Below, piece after piece: positions 16,578 to 28,637 of a stretch of 58,641 nt of DNA. The DNA comes from Minisyncoccales bacterium. GTDB taxonomy: Bacteria; Patescibacteriota; Minisyncoccia; Minisyncoccales; JBAMLS01. The stretch lies in contig JBAMLS010000012.1 of NCBI GenBank assembly GCA_039793445.1, forward strand, positions 21,225 through 79,865. The letters are read 5' to 3'. The notes under the pieces were generated by a model. That model was given only the letters and a program-made list of their open reading frames with translations. It was not told where the DNA came from and did no database searches. Made by a program: the position numbers and the translations under genes. The stretch's first letter is position 1. Each line of letters starts with the position of its first letter.

Positions 16578-19382
16578 TTATAGCACCTTTTTAAGATACT
16601 TACCAGTATAAGATTTTTTAACTTTTATAATAGATTTTAGCGGTCCATAAGCTACAATATATCCCCCTCTTTCGCCACCTTCTGGTCCTAAATCTATAAT
16701 CCAATCCGCATTTTTTATTAAATCTAAATTATGTTCAATAACAATTACGGTATTTCCTTTTTGAACTAATTTTTTTAAAATAAAGACCAATTTTTTGATA
16801 TCATCAAAATGTAAACCTGTTGTGGGTTCATCTAAAATATAAATAGTTTTTCCTGTTGCTTTTTTTGATAATTCTGTCGCCAATTTTACTCTTTGGGCCT
16901 CACCACCTGATAAAGAAGTGGCGCTTTGGCCCAATTGAATATAACCCAAACCAACATCATATAATATCTGAAACTTTTCTTTTAATAAAGGAATATGAGA
17001 AAAAAAATCTAATGCTTCTTTTACTGTCATCTCTAAAACTTGGGCAATATTTTTTCCTCTATATTCAATTTCTAATGTTTCTTTATTATATCTCTTTCCT
17101 TGGCATTCAGGACAAGGAATATAAACATCAGGTAAAAAATACATTTCAATTTTTTTAACGCCTTGACCTTGACATTCTTCACACCTTCCTCCTTTTATAT
17201 TAAAAGAAAATCTTCCTTGATTGTATCCTCTTATTTTTGCTTCAGTTGTTTGAGAAAATAAATATCTAATAATTGAAAATATACCAGTATAAGTAGCAGG
17301 ATTAGATCTTGGTGTTTTTCCTATTGGAGATTGATCAACTAAAATAACCTTATCTATATTTTCTAATCCCAATATTTCTTCGTATTTCCCAGCTTCTTCT
17401 TTTGAATTATAAAATTTTTTATACAAAGCCTTTGCTAAAATATCTACAATTAAAGTTGATTTTCCAGAACCAGAAACACCTGTAACGCAAACAAATTTTC
17501 CTAATGGAATTTTAACATTTATATTTTTTAAATTATGTTCTTTTGCGCCTTTAATTATTAAATATTTTTCAGGTAAATTGTTTTCACTTTTAAGATTTAC
17601 CTCTATTTTTTTTCTACCAGATAAATATTGACCTGTTAAACTATTACTTTTTAGTAATTTTTGAGGTGTTCCAGAAAATACTATATTACCCCCTTCTTTT
17701 CCTGCTCCAGGACCTATATCTATTACCCAATCTGCAGCTAATATTGTTTGAGCATCATGTTCAACGACGATAACGCTATTTTTTAAATCTCTTAATTTTT
17801 TTAAAGTATTAATTAATTTACTTTGATCTCTTGGGTGAAGACCAATAGAAGGTTCATCTAAAATATATAAAACTCCGGTAAGTTGTGAACCAATTTGGGT
17901 TGCCAATCTTGTTCTTTGTTCCTCTCCACCAGATAAACTATCGCTTTCTCTATTTAAAGTTAAATAATCTAATCCTACATCAATTAAAAAATTTAATCTA
18001 TTTAAAATTTCTTTTATTAATAATTGAGATATTTTTAGTTCATTTTCATTTAGTTTTATTAATAAATTTTCAAAAAATTTTTTTGTTTTATCAATTTGTA
18101 ATTCACAAATATCATAAATTGATTTTTTTAAAATTGTTACCGCCAAAGCTTCTGGTTTTAATCTTTTTCCTCCACATAAATTACAAATTTCATATTTCAT
18201 ATATTTTGAAATTTCTTCTTTTGCATAATCTGAATTTGTCTGCCAGTATTTTTTCTCAAGCCAGTAAATTACTCCTTCAAAATTGCCATCACCATATAAA
18301 ATTAAATCTATTGTTTCTTTAGAAAGATTTTCAATTGGTTCGTATAATGAAAAATTATATTTTTTTGATAATTCTTCTAATTGCCACCAAAAATAACCTT
18401 GCCTGCCAATTTTATGGGAAGCGTGCGCCCAAGGAAATATTGCTCCTTGGGCTATGGAAAGTTTTTTATTTGGAATTACTAATTCTGGATCAACTATTAA
18501 TTTTTTGCCTAATCCCTGACAAGAAGGACAAGCGCCATATGGTGAATTAAAAGAAAATAATCTTGGTTCAATTTCTGATAAAGAAATACCACAATATTCA
18601 CAAGCAAAATGTTCGCTAAAAATAACATCTTCTTTTTTATTTTTATTTTTTTTAGAGACAATTACCCTTCCTTGACCCATTTTTAAAGCTAATTCTGTAG
18701 ATTCAACTAATCTTTTTTTATCAATAGTTTTTTCAATTAACAATCTATCAATGACTACTTCAATATTATGTATTTTATATCTATCTAAATTTAATTCTTT
18801 TGCCTCTAAAATTGGATAAATTTTTCCATCTATTCTTACTCTTGAAAAACCAGCGCTTTCAATTTCTTCTATAATTGCTTTGTGTTCTCCCTTTTTTCCT
18901 TTAATAACAGGTGCTAAAATAGTAATTTCGGTTCCTTCTTCAAAATTTAAAATCTGTTCTATAATTTGGTCAATTGTTTGTTTTTGTACTTTTCTATGAC
19001 ATTTTGGACAGTGAGGTATACCTATTCTTGCAAAGAGAACTCTTAAATAATCATAAATTTCTGTCATTGTTCCAACGGTTGAACGAGGGTTGCCTCCTGC
19101 TTTTCTTTGATCAATAGAAATGGCAGGAGAAATTCCTTCGATTTTATCAACATCTGGTTTTTGCATTACCCCTAAAAATTGTCGAGCATAAGCAGATAAA
19201 CTTTCTACATATCTTCTTTGTCCTTCTGCATAAAGAGTATCAAAAGCTAAAGAACTTTTACCAGATCCTGAAACACCGGTAATAACTACTAATTTATTTT
19301 TGGGAATATCAACGTTAATATTTTTAAGATTATGAACTCTTGCTCCTCTTATTTTAATAAAATCTTCAACCATATAACCCAT
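16578..19382 (-). CDS. uvrA: Excinuclease ABC subunit A
   Basis: 934 aa. Two ABC modules (GVSGSGKSSLAFDTLYAEGQRRY and GVSGSGKSTL; LSGGEEQR and LSGGEAQR) and zinc modules. The true start may be the Met 3 codons downstream. Confidence 0.97.
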   Translation of the reverse strand: MGYMVEDFIKIRGARVHNLKNINVDIPKNKLVVITGVSGSGKSSLAFDTLYAEGQRRYVESLSAYARQFLGVMQKPDVDKIEGISPAISIDQRKAGGNPRSTVGTMTEIYDYLRVLFARIGIPHCPKCHRKVQKQTIDQIIEQILNFEEGTEITILAPVIKGKKGEHKAIIEEIESAGFSRVRIDGKIYPILEAKELNLDRYKIHNIEVVIDRLLIEKTIDKKRLVESTELALKMGQGRVIVSKKNKNKKEDVIFSEHFACEYCGISLSEIEPRLFSFNSPYGACPSCQGLGKKLIVDPELVIPNKKLSIAQGAIFPWAHASHKIGRQGYFWWQLEELSKKYNFSLYEPIENLSKETIDLILYGDGNFEGVIYWLEKKYWQTNSDYAKEEISKYMKYEICNLCGGKRLKPEALAVTILKKSIYDICELQIDKTKKFFENLLIKLNENELKISQLLIKEILNRLNFLIDVGLDYLTLNRESDSLSGGEEQRTRLATQIGSQLTGVLYILDEPSIGLHPRDQSKLINTLKKLRDLKNSVIVVEHDAQTILAADWVIDIGPGAGKEGGNIVFSGTPQKLLKSNSLTGQYLSGRKKIEVNLKSENNLPEKYLIIKGAKEHNLKNINVKIPLGKFVCVTGVSGSGKSTLIVDILAKALYKKFYNSKEEAGKYEEILGLENIDKVILVDQSPIGKTPRSNPATYTGIFSIIRYLFSQTTEAKIRGYNQGRFSFNIKGGRCEECQGQGVKKIEMYFLPDVYIPCPECQGKRYNKETLEIEYRGKNIAQVLEMTVKEALDFFSHIPLLKEKFQILYDVGLGYIQLGQSATSLSGGEAQRVKLATELSKKATGKTIYILDEPTTGLHFDDIKKLVFILKKLVQKGNTVIVIEHNLDLIKNADWIIDLGPEGGERGGYIVAYGPLKSIIKVKKSYTGKYLKKVL

Positions 19383-19449
19383 TTTAAACTTTTAAACAAT
19401 ATATTTTATCAATTCTTTTTAAAAATAAAAGAGAATAGAATTAATATTT

Positions 19450-19480
19450 AAAATAATAAAAAAGCCCGGCAAAGCCAGGC
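19450..19480 (-). terminator. Rho-independent terminator after rplK
   Basis: Minus strand has GCCTGG-CTTTG-CCGGGC followed by TTTTTTATTATTTT. Confidence 0.7.
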
Positions 19481-19511
19481 ATTATCTTCAGAAATTATTC
19501 TTTGGCTTTTT

Positions 19512-19937
19512 TTAGTTCTCTATTTTTATTCCCATGTTTTTTGCAGTTCCTTCTATTATTTTCATTGCTTTTTCAATATCTTTTGTGTTTAGATCTGGCA
19601 TTTTCTTAATAGCGATTTCTTTCAATTTTTCTTTTGAAATTTTTCCGACCATTTTCTTTTTAGATTCTCCAGATCCTTTTTCAATGCCTGCCGCTTTTTT
19701 TAATAAATCGCTAGTTAAGGGTTGTTTTACTTTAAAATTATAGGTTCTATCTTCATAAACAGTAATTTCAACAGGCAAAACCCACCCAAGTTGATTTTTT
19801 GTTGCTTCATTAAATTTTTGGCAAAACTCGCCAATATTAATACCATGCTGAGCTAAAACAGGTCCAATTGGTGGAGCTGGATTTGCCTTAGCTGCTTCAA
19901 TTTCTAATTTGACCACTGATTTTATTTTTTTTCCCAT
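19512..19937 (-). CDS. rplK: 50S ribosomal protein L11
   Basis: [34 protein letters not shown] is the L11 signature. Confidence 0.95.
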   Translation of the reverse strand: MGKKIKSVVKLEIEAAKANPAPPIGPVLAQHGINIGEFCQKFNEATKNQLGWVLPVEITVYEDRTYNFKVKQPLTSDLLKKAAGIEKGSGESKKKMVGKISKEKLKEIAIKKMPDLNTKDIEKAMKIIEGTAKNMGIKIEN

Positions 19938-19951
19938 ATAAATATATTATA

Positions 19952-20497
19952 TTATAATTTTTTAATTTGTAAACTATCTACTTCAACTGGTGTTTCTCTT
20001 CCAAAAATATTTACTAAAACTTTTATTTTCCCCCCTTCTTTGTCTATTTGATCTACTTTTCCTTCAAAATCCTTAAATGGTCCATCAATAATTTTTACCA
20101 ATGCTCCCACCTGAATATCTAATTTATATTCAGGAGCTTCACCTTTTATTCTTTTTAATAATTTTTCCATTTCTTCTTTCGCAACTGGTATAGGTGTAAT
20201 ACCAGAACCAATAAAGCCTGTTACCCTTGGTGTATTTCTTGCTACATACCAAGAATCATCAGTTACAATCATATCAACAAAAACATAACCTGGATAAATT
20301 TTTTCTTCAACTACTTTTCTTTTTCCATTTTTAATTTTTATCTTTTTTTCTTTAGGAACCAAAACATTAAAAATTTTGTCTTCCATACCCAAACTTTCAA
20401 CCCTTTGCTTTAAGTTTCTTGCTACCGCTTCTTCTTCTCCGGGATATGTATGTAAAATATACCAGTTACGACCTTGTTGAATTATTTGTTTTGGCAT
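19952..20497 (-). CDS. nusG: Transcription termination/antitermination factor NusG
   Basis: WYILHTYPGEEEAV (NGN domain), ..YPGYVFV.. and the KOW motif VKIIDGPFKDFEGKV. Confidence 0.95.
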   Translation of the reverse strand: MPKQIIQQGRNWYILHTYPGEEEAVARNLKQRVESLGMEDKIFNVLVPKEKKIKIKNGKRKVVEEKIYPGYVFVDMIVTDDSWYVARNTPRVTGFIGSGITPIPVAKEEMEKLLKRIKGEAPEYKLDIQVGALVKIIDGPFKDFEGKVDQIDKEGGKIKVLVNIFGRETPVEVDSLQIKKL

Positions 20498-20518
20498 ATT
20501 ATTAAAATTATTAGTTAA

Positions 20519-20710
20519 TTAAATTATTAATTTAGCTAAAATTTTTAAATAAATATAATCTAAAAGACCTAATATTAGAGCAATAAAAATAGAAACTAAA
20601 ATTACAATTATAGAATATTTTAAAATCTCCTTTTTTGAAAGCCAGGTTATATTTTTTGCTTCTCTTTTTACGCTTTCTATTTTCTCTTTTACTTTTAAAA
20701 ATATATTCAT
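20519..20710 (-). CDS. secE: Preprotein translocase subunit SecE
   Basis: 63 aa. VKREAKNITWLSKKEILKYSIIVILVSIF is the SecE core plus one TM helix. Canonical secE-nusG-rplK order. Confidence 0.8.
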   Translation of the reverse strand: MNIFLKVKEKIESVKREAKNITWLSKKEILKYSIIVILVSIFIALILGLLDYIYLKILAKLII

Positions 20711-20722
20711 AAATTTATATTA

Positions 20723-20752
20723 TATAATGCATAATAAGATTAAATTTGTCAA
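20723..20752 (-). promoter_or_regulatory. Candidate promoter for secE-nusG-rplK
   Basis: Minus strand has TTGACA (20752-20747), an 18-nt spacer ending in TGC, then ATTATA. It would give a leader of only a few nt. Confidence 0.3.
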
Positions 20753-20764
20753 GAAAAATTAATT

Positions 20765-22720
<1,956 letters not shown>

Positions 22721-24799
22721 TTATTTTCTTACTTTAAAATTTGGGTTTTTTTCTAATGCTTCAATAATTTCATTATGAACTTTATCTACTATTTCTGGTT
22801 TTAAAGGTTTATTTTTATCTAAATAAATAATATGGAAAGAAAGGCTTTCTTTATTTTTGGCAACTATTTCTCCTGAAAAAATATCAAATAAATCAATATC
22901 AAAGATAATACCCTTACCCACTCTTTCAATAATATTTAAAATATCAACTACTTTTGTTCCTATTGGGACCACTATGGAAAGATCCCTTAAAATAGGCGGA
23001 TAATTTGGAATAGGTTCGTATTCTAATTCTTCTTGAGATAAAGTTCTCAATTTTGAAATCTGACTTTCAAAGGCTACTACTCTTCCCTCAATACCAAATT
23101 TTTGTAATATCAAAGGATGAATTTCACCTAAAATAGCAATTTCTTTATTTTTTATTAAAATTTTTGCTGTTTTTTGAATATTCCAAAATTCTAAAGGCGT
23201 CAAAATTTCTTTTATATTTATATCACTATAAACTGGATTAAATATAAAGATATTGTTAAACAAACTATTTAATATTCCTTTTAGCTCATAAAATATTTCA
23301 TTTTTTAAATTATTTTTAATAAAAATTAAACCAGATAAAAATGCTTCTTCTTTTAAAATCTTACCTTTTTTGAAAAAGATATTTCCAATTTCAAAAATTC
23401 TTATTTCGTTTTCAAAATCGGGAAAAAATTCAAGAATTTTTTGATTATCTTTTACATTTTTTAATAAATTTAAAATTAAATTTGGTCTTAAATATTTAAA
23501 TGAAATACTTGGTGGATTTCTAACTTCTATTAAATTTTTTAAAGAAAATAATTTTTTATCTTCCTCGCTTATAAAAGAATAATTATATACTTCAAAAAAT
23601 TTTTGTTCTTTTAAAAATTGTTTAATTTTCCTTATAAATTTAAAATCTTCATTTTCTTTTGGTTTTGTTAAACAAACTATTGGAAATTTTTCCTCTATTT
23701 TTTCTAAACCATAAATTCTTCCTATTTCTTCAACTATATCTTCTTTAATATTTAAATCTAATCTTAAATTGGGTGGTTCTAATAATAAGAAATCTTGAGA
23801 TTGTTGGATAATTGAAAAACCTAATTTTTTTAAAATTTTAATTATAGTATCTCTTTTTATTTCGATACCTAATAATTTATAAATATAATCAAATTCTATT
23901 TTTATTTTTGGTATAGGATCTTTTTGGGGATAATAATCTATATAATTTCCTATTTCACATTTTACATATTTTTTAAATAGCTCCATTAATCTTTCTCTAG
24001 CTAAATCAATAAGATAACTGCTTAAAGAGTGCTCAAATCTTATTGAAGCGTCTGTTTTTAATTTTAATTTTTGCGAACCCTTTCTAATTTTTACTGGATC
24101 AAAATTTGCAAATTCCACCAAAATATTTTTTGTATTTTTCTCAATTCCCGTATCAAGTCCTCCTTTTATTCCAGCTATAGCAATAGCCCTCTTTGAATCT
24201 GAAATTACAACAATATCTTTATTTAATTGATATTCTTTATTATCTAAACATAAAATTTTTTCATTTTCCTTTGCATTTCTTACAATAATTTCTTTTTCGT
24301 TTTTATTATTCAAGCTAATTTTGTCTAAATCAAAGGCGTGACAAGGCTGACCTATTTCTAACATTACATAATTTGTAAGATCTACGACATTATTAATAGG
24401 TTGTAACCCTAACACAGATAATCTTTCTTTTAACCATTTTGGCGATTCTTCCACTTTTACATTATAAAAACTTTGGCCTAAATATCTCTTACAATTTTCT
24501 TTCTGTTTTACAGTAATTTTTAGATTATATTTTTTATTTAAAAGTTGTTTTTGTTTTATTTTTGCAAAATTTTTTATTTTTAGATCTAAAATTGTGGAAA
24601 TTTCTTTTGCTATTCCATAATGAGAAAAACAATCAGGTGCTCGGTTTGGTAAAACCTTAATATCTAAAATAAAATCCTTATCTTTTCTTTCAAGACTTTC
24701 AACTTCAAAACTATGCATCATTAATTTTTTTGCTAACTCACCTGGTTGCGGTAATCTTTGATTAAAAAAAGATTGAAGCCAATTATAAGAAAACTTCAT
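22721..24799 (-). CDS. pheT: Phenylalanine--tRNA ligase beta subunit (short form)
   Basis: 692 aa. The MKFSYNWLQSFF B1 start runs almost directly into ..LPNRAPDCFSHYGIAKEI.., so the B2/OB tRNA-binding domain appears absent. B3/4, B5 and FDX-ACB-like regions are present. Confidence 0.92.
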   Translation of the reverse strand: MKFSYNWLQSFFNQRLPQPGELAKKLMMHSFEVESLERKDKDFILDIKVLPNRAPDCFSHYGIAKEISTILDLKIKNFAKIKQKQLLNKKYNLKITVKQKENCKRYLGQSFYNVKVEESPKWLKERLSVLGLQPINNVVDLTNYVMLEIGQPCHAFDLDKISLNNKNEKEIIVRNAKENEKILCLDNKEYQLNKDIVVISDSKRAIAIAGIKGGLDTGIEKNTKNILVEFANFDPVKIRKGSQKLKLKTDASIRFEHSLSSYLIDLARERLMELFKKYVKCEIGNYIDYYPQKDPIPKIKIEFDYIYKLLGIEIKRDTIIKILKKLGFSIIQQSQDFLLLEPPNLRLDLNIKEDIVEEIGRIYGLEKIEEKFPIVCLTKPKENEDFKFIRKIKQFLKEQKFFEVYNYSFISEEDKKLFSLKNLIEVRNPPSISFKYLRPNLILNLLKNVKDNQKILEFFPDFENEIRIFEIGNIFFKKGKILKEEAFLSGLIFIKNNLKNEIFYELKGILNSLFNNIFIFNPVYSDINIKEILTPLEFWNIQKTAKILIKNKEIAILGEIHPLILQKFGIEGRVVAFESQISKLRTLSQEELEYEPIPNYPPILRDLSIVVPIGTKVVDILNIIERVGKGIIFDIDLFDIFSGEIVAKNKESLSFHIIYLDKNKPLKPEIVDKVHNEIIEALEKNPNFKVRK

Positions 24800-24810
24800 A
24801 AAAATAAAAA

Positions 24811-25794
24811 TTAGAATTGTTTTAAAAATCTTAAATCGTTAGAATAAAATAATCTAATATCTTTAATATTATATTTTATCATTGTTAATCTTTCTAAACC
24901 CATACCAAATGCAAAACCTTGCCAATCTTTAGGATTCAATTTTGCGTTTTTAAAAACTTGAGGATGAACTAAACCTGCTCCCATTATTTCTAACCATTTT
25001 CCCTTTTTTCTTTTGATATCTATTTCAAAAGAAGGTTCGGTAAAAGGAAAATAACTAGGCCTCATTCTAATTTCAATATCTTTATCAAAAAATGACCTTA
25101 AAAAAGCATTAATAATTGCCTTAAAATTTGCAACAGAAACTAATTTATCAACCATTAAACCTTCTATCTGATGAAAATTTATTTCATGAGAAGCATCAGT
25201 TGCTTCATAACGAAAAACCCTTCCAGGTACTATTGTTTTAAAAGGTGGATTATTATTTTCCATATATCTTATTTGAACCGGACTAGTATGAGTTCTCAAT
25301 AACAATCCTTCTTCTTTTAACCATAAAGTATCCCACATATCTCTCGCTGGATGGTTTTTAGGAATACAAAGAGCATCAAAATTATACCATTCAGTTTCTA
25401 TTTCAGGGCCTTGAGCGAGTTCAAAACCTAAAGAATTAAAAATATTTATTATTTTTTCCAATTCAATAGTTAAAGGATGTAAATGTCCAACTCTTTGTTT
25501 TTTTATTAATCTTGTAATATCAATTTTTTCTTCTCGAAGAGATTTTTCTATTTTTTGATTTTCTATTTCTGTTTTTTTATTTTCAATTTCCTTTTCTAAT
25601 TTTTCTTTTAGAAAATTAATTTTAATTCCCGTCTCTTTTCTTATTTCTAATGGTAATTTTGCTATTTCTTTAAATAATTCCCTGATCTTTCCATTTTGAC
25701 TTAAATATTCTCTTTTAATTTTTTCGATATCGTCTAAAGTATTTATCTGTTTTATTTTTTCTTCTATTTCTTTTTCTAAATCATTTAAATTCAT
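24811..25794 (-). CDS. pheS: Phenylalanine--tRNA ligase alpha subunit
   Basis: HPLT.., HPARDMWDT, LLRTHTSPVQIR, FRYEATDASH, FPFTEPS.E.D, GAGLVHP and AFGMGLERL. Confidence 0.95.
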   Translation of the reverse strand: MNLNDLEKEIEEKIKQINTLDDIEKIKREYLSQNGKIRELFKEIAKLPLEIRKETGIKINFLKEKLEKEIENKKTEIENQKIEKSLREEKIDITRLIKKQRVGHLHPLTIELEKIINIFNSLGFELAQGPEIETEWYNFDALCIPKNHPARDMWDTLWLKEEGLLLRTHTSPVQIRYMENNNPPFKTIVPGRVFRYEATDASHEINFHQIEGLMVDKLVSVANFKAIINAFLRSFFDKDIEIRMRPSYFPFTEPSFEIDIKRKKGKWLEIMGAGLVHPQVFKNAKLNPKDWQGFAFGMGLERLTMIKYNIKDIRLFYSNDLRFLKQF

Positions 25795-25944
25795 AAATTA
25801 ATTTAAAATTTTAAAACTATATATTATGTATATTTTAATCTTTTTTTTAAAAAAAACAATACTAAAAATTAAAAAAATTATATTTCCAAAATGAAATTTT
25901 TTTTAAAAAATAAAATTTAAGAAATTCAGAAAATAAAAAATTTG

Positions 25945-26020
25945 CGGACCCAAGGGGATTTGAACCCCTGATCTTCGCCGTGACAGGGCGACGTGTTAAA
26001 CCGGGCTACACTATGGGTCC
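25945..26020 (-). tRNA. tRNA-Asp (anticodon GTC)
   Basis: Reverse complement GGACCCA TA GTGT AGCCCGGTTTA ACAC G TCGCC CTGTCAC GGCGA AGATC AGGGG TTCAAAT CCCCT TGGGTCC G. Confidence 0.9.
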
Positions 26021-26024
26021 TTTA

Positions 26025-26098
26025 TGCCAGGAGTGGGATTTGAACCCACGACTTCTCGCTTATGAAACGAGTGCTCTTGCCAACTGAGCTATCCTGGC
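26025..26098 (-). tRNA. tRNA with CAT anticodon, elongator type (Met; Ile2-lysidine not excluded)
   Basis: Reverse complement GCCAGGA TA GCTC AGTTGGCAA GAGC A CTCGT TTCATAA GCGAG AAGTC GTGGG TTCAAAT CCCAC TCCTGGC A. Position 1:72 is paired and there is no GGG/CCC anticodon stem. Confidence 0.85.
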
Positions 26099-26104
26099 TA
26101 ATTT

Positions 26105-26175
26105 TTGGGGCGCCTGGAATTGCACCAGGGTCTCGGGCTTATGGGACCCGCGAGATACTACTTCTCTACGCCCCG
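26105..26175 (-). tRNA. Initiator tRNA-fMet (anticodon CAT) with atypical loops
   Basis: Reverse complement CGGGGCG TA GAGA AGTAGTA TCTC G CGGGT CCCATAA GCCCG AGAC CCTGG TGCAATT CCAGG CGCCCCA A. It shows the C1xA72 mismatch, three consecutive G:C pairs in the anticodon stem and A73. Odd points are a D-loop without GG, a T-loop TGCAATT and an apparent C33. Confidence 0.7.
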
Positions 26176-26276
26176 ATATTTTATTTCTTTAATATAGTAA
26201 TATACTTTTTTAAAAAATCAACCCAAAATTTTCATTAGTCAGTGAATTATTAGTTTTTAGTTATTAGTAATTATTT

Positions 26277-26894
26277 TTAAATTAAATTTATTTTTACCAT
26301 TACATCTTCAAATATTTTAATAGCCTCTTGGAATGTTTGCTTTTCTAATTTAAAATTAGGATTATCTAAAATATTTTGAAAAATTTCATATAATTTTAAA
26401 AGGGGTTCTATATCAATTTTTTCTTCTGTTTTTATGGCTTCTAATTTTTCTTTATAATCTTTTTGAGGATAACCAGATTCAGATAAAATATTAATAAAAA
26501 AATTTTGAGCGTCTAAAAATGTTATTTTCCACTGATTCTCATCGTCGGATGCTAACATTTTTTTAATTTTATCCCATCTTTTTTTTCTTTTTGAAATATC
26601 AGAATCTGTATGGGTTATTTTAGCCATTAAAGGTTCAAAGTATTTTACATAAAGATAACTTGAATTTTTCATATAAAAAATAATGCAAAAAATAAAAATA
26701 GCGCTTACAGTAACGAAAATAATTTTTATCCAAAATATTTTTTCTTGCAATTCTGAAGATAACAAAAACTCAAAAAACTTTTTAATATCCTCTGGTTTAA
26801 TATTGCTTATTTTTTCAAAAATTAATTCAAAAAAATTAAAAAAGTTTGTTAAAATTTTTTCAATTGTAGAAGTATTATAAGGCATATTATTCAT
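26277..26894 (-). CDS. Hypothetical single-pass membrane protein
   Basis: 205-aa ORF with one TM helix (IIFVTVSAIFIFCIIFYM). Overlaps the gatA stop by 8 nt, or starts at the Met 3 codons in. No family recognised. Confidence 0.45.
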   Translation of the reverse strand: MNNMPYNTSTIEKILTNFFNFFELIFEKISNIKPEDIKKFFEFLLSSELQEKIFWIKIIFVTVSAIFIFCIIFYMKNSSYLYVKYFEPLMAKITHTDSDISKRKKRWDKIKKMLASDDENQWKITFLDAQNFFINILSESGYPQKDYKEKLEAIKTEEKIDIEPLLKLYEIFQNILDNPNFKLEKQTFQEAIKIFEDVMVKINLI

Positions 26895-28326
26895 TTTCTA
26901 ATTTTTCAATAAAACTTGCAATATTAAATAAAGATTCTTCTTGAAATTTTGGCGAAATAATTTGCAGAGATACTGGAAAATTGTTAAATGTTTGAGTTTT
27001 TAAAGGAATAGATATTGCTGGTAATTCAGCTAAATTAACTGGCACAGTATAAATATCTGATAAATACATAGATAGCGGATTATTAATTTTTTCTCCTATT
27101 TTAAAAGGAAAAAATGGAGAAGTTGGAGAAAAGATAAAATTAACCATTTTAAATATTTTATTAAAATCTTCTTTAATTAAAAATTGTACTTTTTTTGCTT
27201 TTAAATAATAAGCATCATAATAGCCGCTTGATAAAGAAAATGTTCCTAACATAATTCTTCTTTTCACCTCTTTGCCAAAACCCTTTCCTCGACTTTCAAA
27301 ATAAATATCCATTAAATTTTTATTATTTTTCTGAAAATCATTTAGAACAGAAAAACCATATTTTATTCCATCATATCTGGCTAAATTGCTACTTGCTTCA
27401 GAGGTAGCAAGAATATAATAGCAAGAAAGCGCATATTTTGAGTGAGACAAAGAAATTTCTTCAAACTTTATTTTTTCTTTTTCAAGTTTTTTAATTAAAT
27501 TTTCAATACCTATTTTTATATTTTTATCTAAACTATCTCCAAAAAATTCTTTTGGTATTCCAATTTTTATCTTGTTTTTTGATAAAATTTTATCTTTTGA
27601 AAAAAAAGATACCGAAGTATTATCCATTTCATCTTTTCCTTTAATTATATCAAAAATAATTTTTGCATCTTCAACATTTTTTGTTAAAGGGCCGATTTGA
27701 TCTAAAGAAGAAGCGAAAGCAATTAAACCATATCTTGATACTGCGCCATAAGTAGGTTTCAACCCTACAATCCCACAAAAAGCAGCAGGTTGTCTTATTG
27801 AACCTCCGGTATCAGAACCTAAAGAAGCTGGTACCAAATCTGCAGCAACAGCGCTAGCTGATCCTCCTGAACTTCCTCCTGGAACTTTTTCTAAATCTAA
27901 TGGATTTTTAGTTTTTAAAAATGCAGAATTTTCTGTCGAAGAACCCATCGCAAACTCATCTAAATTGGTCTTTCCAATAATTATTGCCCCCTCTTTTTTT
28001 AATTTTTTAATTACTGTTGCGTCATAAGGCGCAATATAATTTTCTAAAATTTTAGAAGCAGCAGTGCAAGGAAAGCCTTTAACTAAAATGTTATCTTTAA
28101 TTGCAATAGGAACACCAAGTAATTTAAAACTATTTTTGTTTTCTTTTAAAATTTTCTCAATTTCTTTTGCTTTTTCTATCGCGGAATTTTTAAAAACATT
28201 TAAAAAAGCTTGGATATTTTTATCTTCTTTTTCTATTTTATCTAAATAATAATTTACAATTTCTGTTGGAGAAAATTCTTTCCTTTTAATCCCAGCTACA
28301 ATTTTGGTAATAGTTAAATTTTCCAT
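26887..28326 (-). CDS. gatA: Glutamyl-tRNA(Gln) amidotransferase subunit A
   Basis: Amidase signature GGSSGGSASAVAADLVPASLGSDTGGSIRQPAAFCGIVGLKPTYG. Confidence 0.95.
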   Translation of the reverse strand: MENLTITKIVAGIKRKEFSPTEIVNYYLDKIEKEDKNIQAFLNVFKNSAIEKAKEIEKILKENKNSFKLLGVPIAIKDNILVKGFPCTAASKILENYIAPYDATVIKKLKKEGAIIIGKTNLDEFAMGSSTENSAFLKTKNPLDLEKVPGGSSGGSASAVAADLVPASLGSDTGGSIRQPAAFCGIVGLKPTYGAVSRYGLIAFASSLDQIGPLTKNVEDAKIIFDIIKGKDEMDNTSVSFFSKDKILSKNKIKIGIPKEFFGDSLDKNIKIGIENLIKKLEKEKIKFEEISLSHSKYALSCYYILATSEASSNLARYDGIKYGFSVLNDFQKNNKNLMDIYFESRGKGFGKEVKRRIMLGTFSLSSGYYDAYYLKAKKVQFLIKEDFNKIFKMVNFIFSPTSPFFPFKIGEKINNPLSMYLSDIYTVPVNLAELPAISIPLKTQTFNNFPVSLQIISPKFQEESLFNIASFIEKLENE

Positions 28327-28336
28327 TTTAAAATAT

Positions 28337-28633
28337 TTAAAATATCTTTTTTGCTTTAATAAATGAATTTTCTTTTTCTGGAAAATTTTTAAAAATAAAT
28401 TCTTTTTCTTCTTCTGAAAAATCTTTTATTTCATCTTCCCTCAACAGAGAAAGAATATTATTTTTTATTTTTTTATTTTCAATTTGTATTTTATCTAAAT
28501 CTTTTATCTCATTAATTAAATTTACATAATTTAAAATTTGAAAAAGTTCTTTTTCCATTATATTTATTTCTTCTTCTGTTAAAGATAAACGGGATAATTT
28601 TACTATATGATTAATTTCTTCTTTTTTAATCAT
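28337..28633 (-). CDS. gatC: Glutamyl-tRNA(Gln) amidotransferase subunit C
   Basis: 98 aa. INHIVKLSRLSLTEEEI......IL.YV..I matches the GatC N-terminal pattern. Lies immediately upstream of gatA. Confidence 0.85.
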   Translation of the reverse strand: MIKKEEINHIVKLSRLSLTEEEINIMEKELFQILNYVNLINEIKDLDKIQIENKKIKNNILSLLREDEIKDFSEEEKEFIFKNFPEKENSFIKAKKIF

Positions 28634-28637
28634 ATTA

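Noticed and set aside
25795-25944. A T-box leader or other riboswitch upstream of pheS.
   Set aside because: The 150-nt spacer is almost pure A/T. It has no T-box consensus (no ...GGTGGTACCGCG-like element) and no stable stems.
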